A stretch of DNA of 64,000 nt from Alphaproteobacteria bacterium (lineage in GTDB: Bacteria; Pseudomonadota; Alphaproteobacteria; UBA9219). The stretch covers positions 1,550-65,549 of the forward strand of contig JAFALY010000030.1 of assembly GCA_019233975.1 (NCBI GenBank), given 5' to 3'. The notes under the pieces are model-generated. The model was not told where the DNA came from. It saw only the letters and a list, made by a program, of their open reading frames with translations, and ran no database searches. The translations under genes were made by a program, and so were the position numbers. This document shows positions 10,201-19,317 of this stretch, in pieces; position 1 is the first letter of the stretch; each line of letters opens with the position of its first letter.

Positions 10201-11310
10201 TTAATCAGCGCGAGGCCACGGCCCTTTCAGGGAATTAACGTGGCCCATTTTGCGCCCGTCGCGAACGTCACGTTTGCCGTATAAATGAAGGCAGGCTGAA
10301 CGGTCTGACAGATATTGCTGCCATTGCAGCGCATCGTTACCGATCAGGTTCTTCATGACGGCGGCGCTATGCGGCTCCGTGCTACCCAGTGGCAATCCGC
10401 AAACCGCACGCACCAACTGTTCAAACTGGCTGACGGCACAGGCATCCATAGTCCAGTGCCCACTATTATGTGGTCGCGGCGCGATTTCGTTCAGAAGGAC
10501 ACTTTGCCCCTCTCCATTCGGTTCACGCAACACAAACAGTTCAACCGCCAGCAACCCAATTACACCCAGCTGCGCCGCCATATGGCGTGCTGTCGCAACC
10601 GCTTCGGCGCTGATCTCTGCATCAATGGCGGCTGGCGCGTGTGTTTCGTCTAAAATCTGGTTCTTATGCCGGTTTTCGACGACCGGGTAAGCCGCCATAT
10701 CACCCTGCGCATTACGCGCAACGATCACGGAAACTTCGCAAGCAAAATCCACACGCGCTTCCAATATGCCCAGCGGGTTGCCGAATTCGGCCCATGCCTG
10801 CTCGGCGTCCATGTCCGGCGTTATTTTGATCTGACCCTTGCCGTCATAACCCATGCGCGTTGTTTTCAGGAACGCGGGGGCCGGGATTTTCTTTAGCGCC
10901 TCTGCCAATTCGGCGGCGGACTGAACGATTTTATAGCGCGTTGTCCCGATACCGACAGACCGCGCGAAATCTTTTTCCTTCTGCCTGTCCTGCGCGATAG
11001 CCATCACAGAGGCGCCGGGGTGCAAAGGCGCGTATTTGGCTACAGTTTCAAGTGCAACCGCAGGAACATTTTCCCATTCCAGCGTCACGACATCGACGGA
11101 TTGAGCAAATTGGCGCAAGGCATCGACGTCATCAAATTGCGCAAGCGTACGATGCGCGGTCACATCCAATGCGGGTTCGTCTGCGGCTGAGCAAAAAATA
11201 TGTGTTTTATAGCCAAGCTGCGCGGCGGCAAGCGCCGTCATACGCCCCAACTGTCCGCCACCCAAAATGCCGATTGTCGCGCCGGGTGTTATGATTTTCG
11301 CCTGCGCCAT
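10201..11310 (-). CDS. purK: N5-carboxyaminoimidazole ribonucleotide synthase
   Basis: ATP-grasp fold. N-terminus IGILGGGQLGRMTALAAAQLGY. Lies immediately downstream of purE. Confidence 0.85.
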   Translation of the reverse strand: MAQAKIITPGATIGILGGGQLGRMTALAAAQLGYKTHIFCSAADEPALDVTAHRTLAQFDDVDALRQFAQSVDVVTLEWENVPAVALETVAKYAPLHPGASVMAIAQDRQKEKDFARSVGIGTTRYKIVQSAAELAEALKKIPAPAFLKTTRMGYDGKGQIKITPDMDAEQAWAEFGNPLGILEARVDFACEVSVIVARNAQGDMAAYPVVENRHKNQILDETHAPAAIDAEISAEAVATARHMAAQLGVIGLLAVELFVLREPNGEGQSVLLNEIAPRPHNSGHWTMDACAVSQFEQLVRAVCGLPLGSTEPHSAAVMKNLIGNDALQWQQYLSDRSACLHLYGKRDVRDGRKMGHVNSLKGPWPRAD

Positions 11311-11313
11311 TGC

Positions 11314-11862
11314 TTACCGCTTGCGCTTGCCGGATGATTTTGGTGCAGTTGTTGCAACAGGACGGGCGGCAACGGCCGCGGTTTGTGCCATGCGGTACAG
11401 TTGCAACTGGTCCGACAGATCCTTGTTACCCAATCCCAAAATGGCAGCGGCCAGCAAGCCGGCATTCTTTGCCCCCGCTTCACCAATCGCCAACGTACCG
11501 ACCGGTATGCCCGCAGGCATTTGCGCGATGGACAACAGGCTGTCCAGGCCATCCATCGTACGACTGACAACCGGCACGCCCAGTACAGGCAGATGCGTCA
11601 GAGATGCCATCATACCCGGCAGATGCGCAGCCCCACCTGCGCCAGCGATTACGACTTTCAACCCGCGACCTGCCGCCTTCTGCGCATAGTCATACATACG
11701 CTTTGGCGTGCGGTGCGCCGACACAATGGCCGTTTCATAAGTAATGCCAAAAGCGTCCAGTGTCTTCGCGGCATGCTCCATCGTCGCCCAATCCGATTGG
11801 CTGCCCATGATGATGCCAACCACCGGTTTATTCGCTTTAGTTCTCGATTGTGTTTTGGCCAT
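11314..11862 (-). CDS. purE: N5-CAIR mutase
   Basis: [11 protein letters not shown]...[14 protein letters not shown], the diagnostic PurE motifs. Confidence 0.9.
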   Translation of the reverse strand: MAKTQSRTKANKPVVGIIMGSQSDWATMEHAAKTLDAFGITYETAIVSAHRTPKRMYDYAQKAAGRGLKVVIAGAGGAAHLPGMMASLTHLPVLGVPVVSRTMDGLDSLLSIAQMPAGIPVGTLAIGEAGAKNAGLLAAAILGLGNKDLSDQLQLYRMAQTAAVAARPVATTAPKSSGKRKR

Positions 11863-11934
11863 GGCCCGACTCGCAAAGGGATGAAAAGGACGCTCACGTC
11901 ATAACGCGTTTTTGCCATCCTGCACAGGGCGATG

Positions 11935-12927
11935 TTACCCTACCTGATGCAGCCGAACAGCATAGCGCAACGCGCATTCCAGACTGCCGGGGTCAGCAAT
12001 ACCCTGCCCTGCAATATCAAAGGCCGTGCCATGGTCGGGACTGGTACGCACAAAGGGCAATCCAAGAGTGATATTTACCCCCTGTTCAACCCCCATATAT
12101 TTAACGGGGATAAGCCCCTGATCGTGATATTGCGCCACCACGACATCGAACGCGCCTTTTCTGGCGCGCATAAAGACGGTATCCCCCGGCCATGGACCTG
12201 TCACATCTATTCCCCCGGCCCGCGCGGCTTCTATTGCCGGGATAATATGCTTGCGCTCTTCATCACCGAACAAACCGCCTTCCCCCGCATGCGGGTTTAA
12301 TCCGGCAACGGCGATGCGTGGGTTTCCGATCCCCAAGGCCTCGGCGCCGCTATGCGCCAGCCGGATAGCCCGCATTTGCGCGTCGTAATCCGCACGTTCC
12401 GGCACTTCATGCAGCGCGCAATGGGTGGTGACCAGCACAACGCGCAATTCTTCATTGGCCAACATCATGGCTACGTCCTTGCGGCCCCCATGCTCGGCCA
12501 GTATTTCTGTATGCCCGGGATAGTTTAGTCCTGCGGCGGCTAACGCCTCCTTATGCAAGGGAGCCGTGACGATACCACCGACCTGACCGGCGCGTGCCAG
12601 CTTGATGGCCGCGATAATCGCGTCATAGGCGGCACGGCCACATTCTGCGGAAACTTGTCCCATTTGCGGCAGGACATCCATGCACGATACGGCCAGTACA
12701 TTCAGCACATCACCGCCCCAACGCGCTTCACTCAGCGCACCAATCACATGCAGTTTGTCTTTGGCCCCCAATACCTCAAACGCGCGCTGCATCGCCAGCG
12801 CGTCGCCCACCACACACCATGGCACCTGTGCCGTTTGTCGCAGAAACATCTTGGCAATAATCTCCGGCCCTATACCGGCAGGGTCGCCCATCGTAACGGC
12901 AAAGGGTACGGTGGTTGAGATGTTCAT
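11935..12927 (-). CDS. pdxA: 4-hydroxythreonine-4-phosphate dehydrogenase
   Basis: TMGDPAGIGPEI, HTEILAEHGG, NITLGLPFVRTSPDHGTAFDIAGQG. Start chosen at MNISTT; the ORF is open back to 12963. Confidence 0.8.
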   Translation of the reverse strand: MNISTTVPFAVTMGDPAGIGPEIIAKMFLRQTAQVPWCVVGDALAMQRAFEVLGAKDKLHVIGALSEARWGGDVLNVLAVSCMDVLPQMGQVSAECGRAAYDAIIAAIKLARAGQVGGIVTAPLHKEALAAAGLNYPGHTEILAEHGGRKDVAMMLANEELRVVLVTTHCALHEVPERADYDAQMRAIRLAHSGAEALGIGNPRIAVAGLNPHAGEGGLFGDEERKHIIPAIEAARAGGIDVTGPWPGDTVFMRARKGAFDVVVAQYHDQGLIPVKYMGVEQGVNITLGLPFVRTSPDHGTAFDIAGQGIADPGSLECALRYAVRLHQVG

Positions 12928-13047
12928 GCCTTTATTTCCAGTGCTATGGGGCTTGGGATACAATGAAAAGGTAGCAATGCGGCGTTATTTTTAACGCGTT
13001 ATTGAGGATATTGATAGAATGTAATGCAGAAACAACCAGAGTATCCT

Positions 13048-13650
13048 ATGTCACAGGCCCTTAATGAGATCCTCGCCAGAGCCAGCTTGAGCGTTGAGGA
13101 AAGGCAAGCCCTGACGCAGTTGCAGAAGGAATTGCGCGAATCCCGCACGCAGGCGCGTGAGCTGGAACATCGCATTACCGAACTGGAATCCCGACTGGAC
13201 GAAGAAGCGCATCCCGTCCTGACCCGCCCCGAATTCAACCGCGAAGTAGCGCGCATGCTGGCCTGCGACGAGCGTTATGGCGGCGTGTCGAGTGTTTTGT
13301 ATTTCGATATCGAAAATCTGGAGACACTAGAGCACGCCCACGGCAAAGCCGGCCTTGACCAGATTATACGCCAATTAACCAAAACGCTGGCACACCATGT
13401 ACGTGGCAGCGATATCATCGGCCGCCTGGCTGCCGACGAATTCGGCATATTGCTTACCCGATGCAACAACGCGGACGCATGGAAGAAGGCGCAGGCCTTA
13501 ACATCATCTCTGGTCGCTCATGTGATCGAGCTCAACGGCACACCTATCAAACTGGATATATGTTACGGTGCCTATACTTTTGAAGGGCAGACGGATATTC
13601 ACGAGGGCATCAAAGAAGCCGCGCAGAATATTATGCGTTGTGGCGGTTAA
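13048..13650 (+). CDS. Degenerate GGDEF-domain protein (AADEF at the active-site position) with an N-terminal coiled coil
   Basis: GGDEF fold (LTRPEFNREV...RLAADEFGILL...ICYGAYTF) with GG replaced by AA. Only ~200 aa. Confidence 0.7.
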   Translation: MSQALNEILARASLSVEERQALTQLQKELRESRTQARELEHRITELESRLDEEAHPVLTRPEFNREVARMLACDERYGGVSSVLYFDIENLETLEHAHGKAGLDQIIRQLTKTLAHHVRGSDIIGRLAADEFGILLTRCNNADAWKKAQALTSSLVAHVIELNGTPIKLDICYGAYTFEGQTDIHEGIKEAAQNIMRCGG

Positions 13651-13659
13651 TGAACCTGT

Positions 13660-13860
13660 TCAGGCGATGATGTCAGGGAGTAGGCAGCTTTCCAGCTGCA
13701 TGATTTCGTCGCGGATCTGCAACTTGCGCTTTTTCAGGCGCTGAATTTGAATCATGTCAGGCAGGCTGCGTTGCTCCAACGCGCTGATCGCGTCATCCAG
13801 ATCGCGATGTTCAGCCTTCAATTGCGCCAGGCGCTCCATCAACTGTTCTTGCTGATTCAT
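13660..13860 (-). CDS. DUF465 (YdcH-like) small protein
   Basis: 66 aa. The LAQLKAEHRDLDDAISALEQ...RLKKRKLQIRDEIMQLE pattern is characteristic of DUF465. Confidence 0.75.
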   Translation of the reverse strand: MNQQEQLMERLAQLKAEHRDLDDAISALEQRSLPDMIQIQRLKKRKLQIRDEIMQLESCLLPDIIA

Positions 13861-14046
13861 GACCCAAAACTCGTTATCAAAGGGGGTGCTTTTACCAGAA
13901 ATTGGGGTTTTGCGCTACTGTTCTCTGCCGATCACGTACGTGCGTATAACAAAACGCGCATCAGCGGATATTTTATTGCTTTTTTTATCGCATCCTTCCG
14001 CAGTCGAAGCGTTCAAACGCGATAGACGACTTCTAGAAACGATTAC

Positions 14047-14062
14047 TTAAAATCAATTTAAC
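14047..14062. promoter_or_regulatory. Perfect CtrA-type box TTAAaatcaatTTAAC, with a second near-match TTAAtttacagTAAAC at 14104..14119, between the divergent DUF465 genes
   Basis: Exact match to the alphaproteobacterial CtrA consensus TTAA-N7-TTAAC. Located 150-170 bp upstream of the ATG at 14218. Confidence 0.4.
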
Positions 14063-14217
14063 AACATCATGTTCTCAATAGACAAAACACGATTGCCAAC
14101 AGATTAATTTACAGTAAACGAAACAATATAACGGGCCGACCCCATGTAAAAATCGTCAAATTGTGTTATGATTATCTCACAAAGCGACGAAAACCCCAAC
14201 AAGATAGGGAGAACAGC

Positions 14218-14400
14218 ATGGCTCTTGCTCAACGTCTGGACAGTCTGGTGAAACGTCACGCCGATGTAGATTTAAGAATTCTGGCGGAAACATCCCGCCC
14301 ACTACCGGATACGGCCATTCTACATCAGCTAAAGAAGCAGAAATTAAGCCTGAAAGACGGCATTAATTTCCTGATGAGCGAGATCGGGCAGACCGCCTGA
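14218..14400 (+). CDS. DUF465 (YdcH-like) small protein, second paralog
   Basis: MALAQRLDSLVKRHADVDLRILAE...LKKQKLSLKDGINFLMSEI. RBS GGGAGAA upstream. The track ORF 14161.. extends upstream of the RBS. Confidence 0.7.
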   Translation: MALAQRLDSLVKRHADVDLRILAETSRPLPDTAILHQLKKQKLSLKDGINFLMSEIGQTA

Positions 14401-14431
14401 TACGGGCCTCTGGGGGGCCCAAAAAAGAAAA

Positions 14432-14458
14432 GGCCCGGCAAAAAGCCGGGCCTTTTTA
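14432..14458. terminator. Bidirectional rho-independent terminator (GGCCCGGC-AAAAA-GCCGGGCC, flanked by A and T runs)
   Basis: Perfect 8-bp GC stem with a T5 tail on the plus strand and an A tract on the other side. Lies between the convergent DUF465 and fliE genes. Confidence 0.75.
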
Positions 14459-14481
14459 CTGCGTAAATCCCAACAACAATC

Positions 14482-14790
14482 CTAGATCGACGTCTTGGAA
14501 ATATCCTGATAAGCGGCAACCACCTTATCCCTGATCGCAACAACTTCCTGCAAAACCAATTCAGCATTACTGATAGCCGTCACAACACTGGCCAGATCTG
14601 CCTTGCCGTTTGCAGCGGCAGAGGCAGCCTTTTCGCCTTCCTTTAACGTATCGACTGTATTGCCCGCAAAATTCTTCAACACGTCACCAAAGCTCGCGCC
14701 CCCGGCGGTATCGCCGGTCGAAGCGGCATTCTCTCCAACCTTGCCGCTTTGGCGATAGGCTGCGAGGGCGTCTGCAACATTCATGACCAT
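14482..14790 (-). CDS. fliE: Flagellar hook-basal body protein FliE
   Basis: ~100 aa. C-terminal VTAISNAELVLQEVVAIRDKVVAAYQDI matches the FliE signature. Confidence 0.8.
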   Translation of the reverse strand: MVMNVADALAAYRQSGKVGENAASTGDTAGGASFGDVLKNFAGNTVDTLKEGEKAASAAANGKADLASVVTAISNAELVLQEVVAIRDKVVAAYQDISKTSI

Positions 14791-14807
14791 AGCTTTCCCC
14801 CTACCCC

Positions 14808-15224
14808 TTATTGAATTAAGCTGATTGTACGCAAGGCCATGCCGCGCGCCGCATCAATGGCGTTCAGATTAGCCTGATAAGCATGGCCCGCATCGCTCAT
14901 ATCCATCATTTCAATCAGCGGATTGACGTTTGATTTCAGCACATAACCTTGCTTATCCGCCGCCGGATTAGCCGGATCATATTCGCGGATGAACTGGGTT
15001 TGTTCGGTCTGGACACCTGCGACCTTGACCTTATAGGCACCGATCGCATTGTCGAATTCATTCTTGAACGTAATCACCTGCCGCTGATAGGGCGTTGATC
15101 CCGCTGACGCAGCTGTGTTGTTGGCGTTCGCGATGTTCTGCGCAATAACCTTCATGCGCTGGTTTTGCGCATTCAGTGCCGACGCGGACACCGATAAAAT
15201 ATCATTCAGATCATTGCTCGACAT
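14808..15224 (-). CDS. flgC: Flagellar basal-body rod protein FlgC
   Basis: N-terminus SASALNAQNQRMKVIAQNIANANNT and C-terminus NVNPLIEMMDM...AYQANLNAID. Confidence 0.9.
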   Translation of the reverse strand: MSSNDLNDILSVSASALNAQNQRMKVIAQNIANANNTAASAGSTPYQRQVITFKNEFDNAIGAYKVKVAGVQTEQTQFIREYDPANPAADKQGYVLKSNVNPLIEMMDMSDAGHAYQANLNAIDAARGMALRTISLIQ

Positions 15225-15236
15225 AGCGAATCCCTA

Positions 15237-15632
15237 CTAGCTGCTGCTGCCTTTGACCGCGATTTTTAAAAGGCCAACCATTTTATGATAAACCGAAGTC
15301 ACCAATTGGTAACTGACCGCCGTTTGTGAAACACGCATCATTTCCTGCTCCACATCAACCGTGTTGCCGTTCGGCGTAGATACGTTCGTTGTTTCCTTGA
15401 CGGTATGCGCATTTGCGCCTGACATGGATGCTGGCACAATATGACGCGGATCCGTAACCCGCATCGTGCCTGCCTGCTTCATGGCATCGGCAAAAGTAAA
15501 AGGAGCAAGCTCACGCGCTTCATAACCGGGGGTCGAGGCGTTGGCGACGTTTTCCGCCTGAACAGCCTGTTGCTGGTTCAGGTAGCTCATGCGCTGCGTC
15601 AACAACCCCATCAGGTCGGTGTTGGTATCCAT
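15237..15632 (-). CDS. flgB: Flagellar basal-body rod protein FlgB
   Basis: LLTQRMSYLNQQQAVQAENVANASTPGY...VDVEQEMMRVSQTAVSYQ. Confidence 0.85.
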   Translation of the reverse strand: MDTNTDLMGLLTQRMSYLNQQQAVQAENVANASTPGYEARELAPFTFADAMKQAGTMRVTDPRHIVPASMSGANAHTVKETTNVSTPNGNTVDVEQEMMRVSQTAVSYQLVTSVYHKMVGLLKIAVKGSSS

Positions 15633-15731
15633 AATCGCGCGGCCTTCTGTTGAAAGTGACAGGCACTATCAGCCAAAACATATCGGCGCCAACAAGACGC
15701 CAACCGACAGATTATAATGCCTTTACCCTGC

Positions 15732-15756
15732 TTAAGAAAGCGTAAAAATTAACCAT
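15732..15756. promoter_or_regulatory. CtrA-like elements in the divergent flgB / flhB-C-like promoter region (TTAAgaaagcgTAAA plus half-site TTAACCAT)
   Basis: TTAA-N7-TAAA at 15732..15746 and TTAACCAT at 15749..15756, between divergent flagellar operons. Confidence 0.3.
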
Positions 15757-15818
15757 TTAAGCCCTTTTTACAGCAACATTTCATTGGCGAAAAACACGGA
15801 ACATGTAACCTTTTCAGG

Positions 15819-16160
15819 ATGATTGATATTGGCGACTCAGAGAACCCGAATGTAAGCCCCCTCCCCAAAGAGGGTGAGGCCGTTGCCATTGCCATCAAAG
15901 GTGATGATACACCCGGCTCGCCGGGGCATATCGTGGCGTCGGGGCGCGGCAAGCTGGCCCAGGAAATTCTGGCTCTCGCTTTTGCCAAAGGCATTAAAGT
16001 GCGTGAAGATGCCGAACTGGCACAAATGCTCGTAAAGCTGGATGTGGAAAGCCCCATACCAACCGAAGCGATTATGGCGGTTGCTGAAATCCTTTCGCGC
16101 GTTTATGAAGCCAATGCACGTTTGGATACCCCCTCAACCGAAAAACCACCTGCCATTTAA
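15819..16160 (+). CDS. FlhB C-terminal-domain-only protein (EscU/YscU/HrcU-family export switch domain, standalone)
   Basis: AVAIAIKGDD...VASGRGKLAQEILALAFAKGIKVREDAELAQMLVKL...IPTEAIMAVAEIL parallels the FlhB C-domain. No TM region. Confidence 0.65.
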   Translation: MIDIGDSENPNVSPLPKEGEAVAIAIKGDDTPGSPGHIVASGRGKLAQEILALAFAKGIKVREDAELAQMLVKLDVESPIPTEAIMAVAEILSRVYEANARLDTPSTEKPPAI

Positions 16161-16471
16161 TGAGCGACGCCACCCCACCAGAGCCGAAAATGAACCCACA
16201 GGAAATTGCCCATGCCCTGACGTCGCTCAGCGATTATCTGGCTGCCGCGCAAAGCCTGACCGAAGAAGGTCTGATGCCAGACATGCAACAGATACAGGAA
16301 CGCGTTGCCGTCATCTGTAACGCCATCGAAGCATCGGACAAAGAAGTGCAAGTCAAAGCCCTGCCTGCCCTTTCCACATTGATTGAGCAGTTGAATACCT
16401 GCGAAACCAGCGTGCGTTCGTGGTACAGCAAAAACCAGATGAAAATTCCGCAACAGGATGAAAATCAATGA
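16160..16471 (+). CDS. Hypothetical protein translationally coupled inside the flhB-C-like/fliO/fliP operon
   Basis: The ATG overlaps the upstream stop (TAATG), and its stop overlaps the fliO start. Acidic and helical. No recognisable motif. Confidence 0.4.
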   Translation: MSDATPPEPKMNPQEIAHALTSLSDYLAAAQSLTEEGLMPDMQQIQERVAVICNAIEASDKEVQVKALPALSTLIEQLNTCETSVRSWYSKNQMKIPQQDENQ

Positions 16472-16785
16472 ATACGACGGAGTTAGGTGATATCTCATGG
16501 GTACGCGTCGCCATCGCCTGCCTGATTGTGGCAGCCCTTTTGTCAGCCCTGTCGATTGCCCTGCGTTTTATGGAAGAACGCGGCCTTAAACTGCGCAAGG
16601 TATTCAAAAAACGTAAAGCCCGCTTAGACATATCTGAACTCATGGCGCTGGACGCCAAACGCCGTCTTGCCGTTGTGCGCTTTGATGACACGGAACATTT
16701 GATACTTTTGGGAACCACACAGGATGTGCTAATCCAGTCCAAACCTGCCCTTGAAACAGACCCCTTGGAAGACGAGGATTTATAA
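16468..16785 (+). CDS. fliO: Flagellar biosynthesis protein FliO (probable)
   Basis: Single N-terminal TM helix, ~100 aa, immediately upstream of and overlapping fliP. Confidence 0.55.
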   Translation: MNTTELGDISWVRVAIACLIVAALLSALSIALRFMEERGLKLRKVFKKRKARLDISELMALDAKRRLAVVRFDDTEHLILLGTTQDVLIQSKPALETDPLEDEDL

Positions 16786-17636
16786 TGCCATCCCTGCGTA
16801 CACGCCTCAGCCAATGGCTCTCAGCACGGAAGCATCAGGCAGCCTGCCTTGCGGTCGCATTACCCCTGCTGGTTTCGGCATTTGTCCTTTTCATGCCGCA
16901 TCTGGGTTTTGCCCAAAGCATCAATATCGACATAGGACAAGGCCCGACAACAACCGCCAAAATCATCCAGATGGTCTTGCTGGTAACAGTATTGTCGCTG
17001 GCACCATCCATCCTTGTGATGGTGACCTGCTTCACCCGTGTCGTGGTGGTTCTGTCTTTCCTGCGTAATGCGCTTGGTACACAGCAAACGCCGCCTAATA
17101 CGGTACTGATCAGCCTTGCCCTGTTCCTGACCCTGTTTGTCATGCAACCCACATTCGACCGCGCATGGGAGAACGGTATTCGCCCGTTGATGAACAACCA
17201 GATTGACGAGGAAACGGCCTTTGACCGCGGCTCAGCCCCCTTCAAGGATTTCATGCTGAAGCATGTGCGTCAGAAAGACCTGAACCTGTTCATGGAAATG
17301 AGCAAGTCCATCAGTGAAAAGGATCAGGACGATTCCAGCAAAAACAGCGCCGGAAAGAAAATTGAAAAAGAAGACGACAAGGACGCCGTGACCATGCGCG
17401 CCCTTATCCCCGCCTTTATGATATCCGAATTGCGTCGTGCCTTCGAAATCGGGTTCCTGCTGTTCCTGCCATTCCTTATCATCGACATGGTGGTGGCTTC
17501 CATCCTGATGTCCATGGGCATGATGATGTTGCCGCCCTCCATCATATCACTGCCGTTCAAGATCATCTTTTTCGTTCTGGTGGACGGGTGGTACCTGATC
17601 TGCGGCAGTTTGGTCCAAAGCTACGGCGGCGGCTGA
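16785..17636 (+). CDS. fliP: Flagellar biosynthetic protein FliP
   Basis: FTRVVVVLSFLRNALGTQQTPPN...LIPAFMISELRRAFEIGFLLFLPFLIIDMVVASILMSMGMMMLPP. Contains a K/D-rich insertion. Confidence 0.9.
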   Translation: MPSLRTRLSQWLSARKHQAACLAVALPLLVSAFVLFMPHLGFAQSINIDIGQGPTTTAKIIQMVLLVTVLSLAPSILVMVTCFTRVVVVLSFLRNALGTQQTPPNTVLISLALFLTLFVMQPTFDRAWENGIRPLMNNQIDEETAFDRGSAPFKDFMLKHVRQKDLNLFMEMSKSISEKDQDDSSKNSAGKKIEKEDDKDAVTMRALIPAFMISELRRAFEIGFLLFLPFLIIDMVVASILMSMGMMMLPPSIISLPFKIIFFVLVDGWYLICGSLVQSYGGG

Positions 17637-17655
17637 TTATCCGGGAAAATAGATA

Positions 17656-18627
17656 ATGAAGAAATACGATATTATCGGCGTTGGCCGTTCCTTTACTGAC
17701 GTCGTGGCGAATGTGGACCATGCGTTTCTGGAGAAATTCAACATTCCGGTTGATGCCGGAGTTCAGTTCTCACCCGCCGAGCTGCGCACCATACAAAGCG
17801 AATTGCCCACCTATGAACTGGTTGCAGGTGGCGCCATCGCCAACACGATTGCGGCCCTGTCAGCCATGGGTGGCAAGGGTGGTTATTTCGGCAAGGTCAA
17901 TAATGACACGGCGGGTCAGGCTTTCCTTCAAGACTTTGCTCTGCGCGGTGTCGATGTGTGTGGTATGCCATTCGATACGCAAGTGGGCTTGTCCCCCACC
18001 TGTATCATCCTTATCACCAATGACGGCCACCGCAGCTTTGCGGTCGGTGTAGGTTGTGCGGATCATCTCGTACTGCACGAACTACGCGACTTCGATTACA
18101 CCTCAACGCATTTTTTCCTGACCCAGGCCTACATGGTCTTTAATGACCTGAGCGGCCCCGCCATTCGCGCCGGCATGCTGGCCGCCAAAGGGAAGGCGCG
18201 GATTGTCACCAACATGCATGACCTGCGTATTGCAGAAAACTGGCCCAACTATGTTGAAGGCATCAAATTCGTCACCAGCTATTCCGATGTCATCATTGCG
18301 AACCGCGCCGAATACGAAGAAACACTGAAACACGTTCAACTGCCAGCCTTCCCGGAACAAATCATTGTCATCACCAAAGGCAAAGAAGGTTCAGAAGCGA
18401 TATGCGGCGACAAACATGTCAGCGTTCCTGCCGCCGACCCGGCCAGCTTCACCTTTGTCAATTCACTGGGCGCAGGTGACGCTTTTGCCGCCGGATTTCT
18501 GTACAGCCTGGCCCGCAACGGTGACCTGAAAAAGAGCCTGACCTACGGCACAAAGGCGGCAGCGATTGTGTTGGAGGAACTGTCTGGTCGCCCCACCATC
18601 GGCAAGCAATTCCCTCCGCTGGATTAG
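17656..18627 (+). CDS. PfkB-family carbohydrate/nucleoside kinase
   Basis: N-terminal GG motif (AGGAIANT) and C-terminal GAGDAFAAGFL ATP-binding motif. Confidence 0.75.
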   Translation: MKKYDIIGVGRSFTDVVANVDHAFLEKFNIPVDAGVQFSPAELRTIQSELPTYELVAGGAIANTIAALSAMGGKGGYFGKVNNDTAGQAFLQDFALRGVDVCGMPFDTQVGLSPTCIILITNDGHRSFAVGVGCADHLVLHELRDFDYTSTHFFLTQAYMVFNDLSGPAIRAGMLAAKGKARIVTNMHDLRIAENWPNYVEGIKFVTSYSDVIIANRAEYEETLKHVQLPAFPEQIIVITKGKEGSEAICGDKHVSVPAADPASFTFVNSLGAGDAFAAGFLYSLARNGDLKKSLTYGTKAAAIVLEELSGRPTIGKQFPPLD

Positions 18628-18786
18628 GCACATCTACACAACTTGTGTTTTGACGTTCGGCGTTTCAAGAGGGCTGGCGGAATATTTTTGCACCCTCTTT
18701 TTTCCGTGCAAGCACCTCCTATATCCATTTTTGTAGGCGGCCACAATCCGTTGCGCCGCCATCCACCTGGATAATAGGAGATTACT

Positions 18787-19257
18787 ATGGTTCTACGTTC
18801 ACTCATCACCGGTTCGCCTTTGCGTTACAGCGAGGATCCGTTCAATACATTGCAACGCGCAATGCAGCGCAGTTTCGAAGATGCATGGCGCGGTCTGCCA
18901 TCCACACAATTGGAAGCAGCAGCACTACCTGTCCGGCTTGACGTCCGCGAAGACGAAAAGGCGTTTCACGTAACCACCGATCTGCCGGGTCTGACGGAAA
19001 AAGATATCGACGTCACTTTTGATGACGGCCTGCTGACCATCCGCGGAGAAAAGAAGATTTCCCGCGATGAAAAGAAAGACACGTGGCATGTTGTCGAACG
19101 CGCGCATGGCAGCTTTGCACGACAATTGTCGCTAGCCGCCGCCGTAGACGCGAATAAGGTCGAAGCCAGCTTTGACAAGGGTGTTTTGACCATCACGTTG
19201 CCCAAGCAACCGGTCGAACAAACGGCTGCAAAGAAGATTGCGATCAAGTCCGCCTGA
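18787..19257 (+). CDS. Hsp20/alpha-crystallin small heat-shock protein
   Basis: VRLDVREDEKAFHVTTDLPGL...LLTIRGEKK...ASFDKGVLTITLPK. Confidence 0.85.
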   Translation: MVLRSLITGSPLRYSEDPFNTLQRAMQRSFEDAWRGLPSTQLEAAALPVRLDVREDEKAFHVTTDLPGLTEKDIDVTFDDGLLTIRGEKKISRDEKKDTWHVVERAHGSFARQLSLAAAVDANKVEASFDKGVLTITLPKQPVEQTAAKKIAIKSA

Positions 19258-19276
19258 TCTGTTAGAGCAATAAAAA

Positions 19277-19303
19277 ACGCCCGCACTATGTGCGGGCGTT
19301 TCG
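19277..19303. terminator. Bidirectional rho-independent terminator (ACGCCCGCAC-TAT-GTGCGGGCGT)
   Basis: 10-bp stem flanked by A6 and T-rich tracts, downstream of hsp20 and of the convergent small ORF. Confidence 0.65.
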
Positions 19304-19317
19304 TTATGACGTCAAAG

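Noticed and set aside
13747-14050. Track ORFs 13747..14025(+) and 13859..14050(+) in the DUF465 intergenic region
   Set aside because: AT-rich spacer carrying CtrA-type boxes. The ORFs have no RBS and low-complexity translations, so they are more likely promoter DNA.
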